DNA from: Phyllobates terribilis
Taxonomy: Eukaryota
Length of the DNA: 64,000 nucleotides
Reading direction: 5' to 3'
Assembly: GCF_046119375.1 (NCBI RefSeq)
Contig: NW_027362767.1
Coordinates: 84,010,001 to 84,074,000 of the forward strand
Shown: in pieces, positions 58,953 to 64,000 of the stretch
Layout: each line of letters starts with the position of its first letter
Position numbering within the stretch: the stretch's first letter is position 1
Made by a program: the position numbers and the translations under genes
The notes under the pieces: generated by a model
What the model was told of the DNA's origin: nothing
Databases searched by the model: none
Seen by the model: only the letters and a program-made list of their open reading frames with translations

Positions 58953-60050
58953 TGTGACGCCCAGCTGCGATGGTATCACAGATCCTGGAAGAGTGCATTG
59001 ATGGATTCCTCCACAAGAGGCCCCCATAACCATTTACACATCTCCACCTTCCACCTCAGACCAGAAGAGGGAGCCCGTTAGGGAGATAAATAGGGAAGGT
59101 GGAGCCAGGCAGTTCAGTCTGTTGAGAGAGTTCCTGCAGTAGAAAAGCCTGAGAGAGGTCAGTCTGCAGTGGAGCACAGTCAAGACTCAGTGTAGCTCAG
59201 AGAAGTGAGCTTTAGGTGTGCCGGCGCCATAAGATCGGTGAAGCGCGGCAAGCTGCCGTTAGTGTGAGTAGCCTAGTGAGGGCCCGAGTAGCCCGGAAGA
59301 GAGGGGAGAGTTAGTACATAGGGGGCAGAGGAGCTTAACTTGCTCACCCCGAAGCATTTACCGGACACCGGGTCCGAAGCTTACCGGGATCTCTATGACC
59401 CAGTAAGGTATAACCGGAATCCCTGGAGAACTACAAGTCCCAGGATCGCTAAAGAGCTGATACGTAACAGAGCCGGGAGATGCTTAGGCCCCGCATACCG
59501 GGAGCGTGTACTCCAATAGAAGGCCCTACCACAAGGTCAGCCAACGCAGGACGGAGACAAAGTTAGGCCTAGCTCCAGGCAGGTCAGAAACTTTACTATG
59601 CAGAGGCAAGTAACAGGAGGCCCTACACCCGTTCATTGGGGAGGATCCTGACATGCACCCTTCACCCTACAGTGCTCCGGAACGTGCCTGAATTTCCATC
59701 ACTAAAAGGTACTGAAGTGACTATCGTGTCTGTCCCTGTTCTTGCTCTGACCCGGCTGGGTCTCGCCTGTCCTGCATCCCCCTGCATACACTGCCCTGGG
59801 GCCTAGCTCCACCTGTGGGGAGCTATACCATCGAGCTGCCTTATCATCGGCCTCAGTGGACTGCGCAGTGCTGGTGATCCTCACCAGAAGCCACAGGTGG
59901 CGTCACGAACTTTCATAAAACTAAAATTAACCAACAATTCCTTTTTAAAGAGAGACCCCAGGGTACGGGCCCGGGAGCCGACCACCGCGACATCCCCAAG
60001 GCCAGGCAAAGGCCCGGGTACCGAGTCATCCCCATCCCCTGGGCTAGTCA

Positions 60051-60865
60051 CATGGTCTCAGTTCCCTCTGATAACAGTCATGGTAGACGCCAGCAAGACG
60101 GGATGGGGAGCCGTCGTGGCTCAAACCCCCTTCCAAGGGGTCTGGACAGAAGAGACCAGCAGGAGATCCTCCAACTTCCGCGAGTTAAAGGCAGTGGAGG
60201 AGGCACTCAAAATGTCGGCTCCAATCATTACGGGCAAACACGTAAAAGTCTATTCAGACAACATGACTACCGTAGCTCACCTGTCCCATCAAGGGAGTAC
60301 AAGGTACGAGAATCTAAAAAGTATCTCGACAAGAATATTCTTCTGGGCAGAAGGACATCTTCGTTCCTTATCAGGTCTGCACATAAAAGGCTCAGACAAC
60401 ATCCAGGCTGATTTTCTGAGCAGAAGGAATATCCATCCGGGGGAATGGGAGCTGGACTCAGACATTTTTCACATGCTGACCAGACAATGGGGTCATCCGG
60501 AGGTGGACCTCTTTGGAAGACGCCAGAACACCAAGGCAGAAAAATACTTCTCCCTAGATCCAGACGACGTATGCCTGGGGATAGATGCATTCGCTCACCC
60601 GTGGCGTTTCCATCTGTCTTACGCTTTTCCCCCAATTCGATTGCTAGCCAAGACCTTACAGAAAGTAAGGACCGAGGAGGTCAAGATAATTTTGATAGCC
60701 CCACTTTGGCCCAAAAGGAGCTGGTTCTGTGCACTAAACAGTTTAAGCATAGAGGGACCGCTCATTCTGCCAGCAATCAAGAACCTTCTTCATCAGGGTC
60801 CAATACTCCATCCAGATTCAGAGAACCTCCATTTAGCGGCCTGGCTTCTGAGTTCACAATCCTGA
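60051..60865 (+). CDS. DIRS RNase H and dam-like methyltransferase domains (continuation of RT ORF)
   Basis: Rejoins across the TSD as TGVPWSQFPLITVMVDASKTGWGA; RELKAV, SDN, QADFLSR, EVDLF, DAF and YAFPP motifs. Confidence 0.88.
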
Positions 60866-61713
60866 AGGCCAAAGGACTCTCAGACTGAGTAATTCATACC
60901 CTACAAAAAAGTAGGAAACAAATCACAAACTCCATATACAGCAAGATATGGAAGACCTTCCTAACATGGTATAAACCAAATATACCAGATCTTCAGCATC
61001 CTGACATGACCCAGATCTTGGATTTTCTACAAGAAGGGCTGGAGAAGGTCCTTAGACCCAGCACCCTCAAGGTTCAGATCGCGGCGCTGAGTATTTATTT
61101 CGACCAGAGCCTAGCCGAACACCGATGGGTAAAAAGGTTCATGATAGCAGCTACTCGTCTGCGTCCCAGAATAATTAACCACGTTCCCTCCTGGGATCTT
61201 AATATCGTCCTTAAAGGTCTGACACTACCACCGTTTGAACCTTTGGCCTCAATAGAGCTGGATAAATTAGCCTGGAAAAAAACATTTCTAGTAGCGATTA
61301 CCACTGCCAGGGGAGTGGGAGAAATCCAAGCCTTCTCAGTGAATGACCCATATCTGAGAATCCTGGATGATAGGATTATTCTACAACTGGACCCATCTTT
61401 CTTGCCAAAGGTAGTCTCAGACTTTCATAGGTCTCAAGAGATAATTCTTCCTTCCTTCTGTCAAGACCCAAAAAATAAAAGGGAAGAAGAATACCATACT
61501 TTGGACGTAAGGCGGGTTGTTCGTCACTACCTCCAAAAAACAGAGGCCTGGAGGAAGGATCAGAACCTCTTTATTCAGCCATTTGGTCAGAACAGAGGGA
61601 AGAAGGTCTCCAAGGTTACCATCGCCACTTGGATCAAGAAAGCAATTGTGGAATCATATCAGATCCAAAATCTCGCACCACCAGAGAAACTGAAAGCACA
61701 CTCTACTAGAGCC
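60866..61713 (+). pseudogene. DIRS tyrosine recombinase (nonsense codon at 60886; truncated by an LTR insertion)
   Basis: PSTLKVQIAALS, PSWDLNIVL, ITTARGVGEI, LDPSFLPKVVS and AHSTRA (HxxR); the catalytic Tyr region is displaced by the insertion at 61714. Confidence 0.88.
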
Positions 61714-64000
61714 TGTAACGGGTCTGGGAGGCGGAACCTCTGGGCTACTATACAAGGGAGCGGTCCTTGTAAGGGAGCGGGTGGCGACCAGGCAGGCAGT
61801 CACAGCAGGTGACCGGGACAGTCTCTGGGTGTACGGGCAGGAGGTCACGGCAAGTGATCAGGGCAGTCTCTGGAAGAACGGGCTGGAGGTCACGGCAAGT
61901 GACCGGGGCAGTCTCTGGAAGAACGGGCTGGAGGTCACGGCAAGTGACCGGGGCAGTCTCTAGGTAAAGGGTAGGTACGACCTGTGATGGCTGAACCTCC
62001 AGGTAGGCTAGCAAGGCAGATGGAGGATGTGTGCTCCCAGGTGAGCAAGCGAGAGTCTCTGGAATAGCAGGTGGTCACAGCACGTGACGGCGGAGCCTCC
62101 AGGTAGGCAAGCAGGCAGGTAGCGGAGAAGCGCTCCCAGGTGAGCGGGCAAGAGTCTGGAATAGCTGGTGGTCACAGCACGTGACAGCGGAGCCTCCGGG
62201 CAGGCAAGCAGGCAGGTAGCGGAGAAGCGCTCCCAGGTGAGCGGGCAAGAGTCTGGAATAGCTGGTGATCACAGCACGTGACAGCGGAGCCTCCAGGCAG
62301 GCAAGCAGGCAGGTAGCGGAGAAGCGCTCCCAGGTGAGCGGGCAAGCTGGTCCATAGACAGACTGACCGGAGTTGTAAGGCAGACCGTCGGACCTCAGGC
62401 AAGCAGGCAGGTAGCTGATGTGCGCTCCCAGGTGAGCGGGCAAGTTGGTCCTTAGACAGACTGACCGGAGTTGTAAGGCAGACCGTCGGACCTCAGGCAG
62501 GCAGGCAGGTAACAGGAAATCAGGCAGGATTAGGACAGCAAACTGGCAGGAATCTGGCAGGTAACTGGCAGGTAACTGGCAACGGGACCTGAGGGCTGAA
62601 GCAGAGTAGAACGGTGCAACAACATTGCTCGGGGACCTCCATTTTGGAGGAGGTGCCTTATATATGGTAAAGTCCTCCGGCCATTGGCCGGGGACTCCTT
62701 AGGACGGCGCGCGCGGCCCCTTTAAGAGGGAGGGAGGGTGCGCGCGCGCGACCTAAGCACAGTGGCCGGGAAGGAGCGCGCGCTGCCAGCAGAGCGGGAG
62801 AGGGACGCCGGGCACGGAGCAGAGCGGTGAGGGGAACAGCGTCCCTGCCTAGCAGAGGGCAGGGACGCCGGCACTACAGTACCCCCCCCTTTAGGCCCCC
62901 CCTTTTTTAGGCCAGATAGAAATTTAGCTAGGATGAGAGGGGCATGGATGTTCTCCCGGGGCTCCCACGTTCTCTCCTCAGGACCAAACCCCTTCCAATC
63001 TACCAGAAAAAAGGTCTTTCCTCTTACCCTTTTGGTGGCAAGAATGTTCTCTACCTCAAACTCGTCCTCAGCAGAAACCGGAGCAGGAGGCGTACCTGTA
63101 GACTTGGAAAAAGAGTTAAGCACCACGGGTTTGAGGAGAGATACATGGAAGGAGTTAGGGATCCGTAAGTTGGCCGGGAGTTTCAATTTATAGGCCACCG
63201 GGTTGATCTGACTGATGACCTCCAGAGGACCGATGAACCGAGGCCCTAACTTGTAAGAAGGTATCTTGAGTCGAACATATTTAGATGAGAGCCAAACTTT
63301 ATCTCCTGGACGAAATTGTGGAGGATCCAGGCGTTTTTTGTCAGCGTGTCTTTTCATACGCTCGGATGACAGAAGGAGTGCGGACCGGGTACTCTCCCAT
63401 ATGGAGGAAAATTTGCTAACAAGAGATTCCGCAGCCGGGTTGTCCACAGAGGTGGAGACAGGAAAAGGAATCCGAGGATGCTGACCAAAGACTACAAAAA
63501 ACGGGGATTTGGAGGAGGATTCGCTCTCGTGATTATTATAAGAGAACTCGGCCCATGGTAGGAGATCCACCCAGTTAGAATGGTGGGCATTAACGAAGTG
63601 CCGGAGGTAACTGGTCAGGTTCTGATTGATCCGCTCCACTTGACCATTGGACTGTGGGTGGTAAGCGGAAGAGAAGTCCAGGGTGACGTCTAGTAGTTTA
63701 CAAGTGGCTCTCCAGAAACGTGAGGTGAACTGTACCCCACGATCCGACACGATGTGGAGGGGCAGGCCATGAAGACGGAAGATGTGGCGGATAAAGTCTT
63801 TAGCCAGCTCGGGTGCAGACGGAAGGCCTGGCAGGGGAATAAAGTGAGCCATCTTGGAAAAGCGGTCAGCGACCACCCAAATGACCGTACAACCGGCAGA
63901 GACGGGGAGATCAGTTATAAAGTCCATTGCTATATGCTGCCAGGGGGCAGCAGGTACAGGAAGCGGAAGGAGGCGTCCGGCTGGCAGATGTCTCGGGACT
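61714..64000 (-). mobile_element. Second Gypsy element (chromovirus type): 3' LTR 61714-62878, PPT and integrase; runs off the window
   Basis: Minus-strand LTR TGTAGTG...CCCGTTACA preceded by a G-rich PPT; the LTR contains ~45-bp and ~80-bp tandem repeats. Confidence 0.9.
62722..64000 (-). CDS. Gypsy integrase with C-terminal chromodomain (partial)
   Basis: PWQHIAMDF, VSDRG and QVERIN (DDE); GPRFIGP (GPY/F-like); chromodomain EFEVENIL..R..FLVDWKGFGPEERTWEP; frame is open to the window edge. Confidence 0.92.
   Translation of the reverse strand, partial: VPRHLPAGRLLPLPVPAAPWQHIAMDFITDLPVSAGCTVIWVVADRFSKMAHFIPLPGLPSAPELAKDFIRHIFRLHGLPLHIVSDRGVQFTSRFWRATCKLLDVTLDFSSAYHPQSNGQVERINQNLTSYLRHFVNAHHSNWVDLLPWAEFSYNNHESESSSKSPFFVVFGQHPRIPFPVSTSVDNPAAESLVSKFSSIWESTRSALLLSSERMKRHADKKRLDPPQFRPGDKVWLSSKYVRLKIPSYKLGPRFIGPLEVISQINPVAYKLKLPANLRIPNSFHVSLLKPVVLNSFSKSTGTPPAPVSAEDEFEVENILATKRVRGKTFFLVDWKGFGPEERTWEPRENIHAPLILAKFLSGLKKGGPKGGGTVVPASLPSARQGRCSPHRSAPCPASLSRSAGSARSFPATVLRSRARTLPPS

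Larger units (their letters stand above)
51762..60050 (+). mobile_element. Full-length Ty3/Gypsy LTR retrotransposon (8289 bp) inserted in the DIRS
   Basis: 1098-bp LTRs (51762-52859 and 58953-60050) with TG...CA ends; TSD CATG (51758-51761 and 60051-60054); PR-RT-RH-IN order. Confidence 0.97.
48526..61713 (+). mobile_element. DIRS1-like tyrosine-recombinase retrotransposon, interrupted twice; right end outside the window
   Basis: Left terminus TTTTTCTCC with hairpin ATAGGGACAGGAAA / TTTCCTGTCCCTAT; ORF1, RT, RNase H, methyltransferase-like and YR domains in DIRS order. Confidence 0.9.

Overview
Vertebrate genomic DNA, most likely an anuran (frog/toad); this is inferred from the MITE, DIRS, Gypsy and KRAB-remnant families present. 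Three host genes were reconstructed exon by exon with canonical GT-AG junctions: SRSF5 (minus strand, 7 coding exons, 282 aa, with a candidate poison exon in the intron between coding exons 4 and 5), the selenoprotein GPX2 (plus, 2 exons, 190 aa, in-frame TGA=Sec at 28094, SECIS about 810 nt after the stop) and CHURC1 (plus, 4 exons, 112 aa). Most of the rest is transposon-derived. It includes an intact Buster/Charlie-type hAT transposon in CHURC1 intron 1, a 3.5-kb composite non-autonomous hAT upstream of SRSF5, many MITEs, several minisatellites, CR1/L2/RTE/Tc1 fragments and Penelope-type hammerhead ribozyme motifs at three loci. From about 44.6 kb to the end there is a nest: a piggyBac-like host holds a CR1 and probably a DIRS, and the DIRS is interrupted by a full-length Gypsy and by a chromodomain Gypsy. 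Best leads: a possible in-frame CHURC1 exon 1-transposase splice, a Sec-Asp (not Sec-Gly) active site in GPX2, a spliceosomal intron in DIRS ORF1, hammerhead motifs, and a Gypsy element with two phased -1 slippery sites plus duplicated PBS-like and PPT-like signals. All coordinates and alignments were done by eye; no database searches were run.
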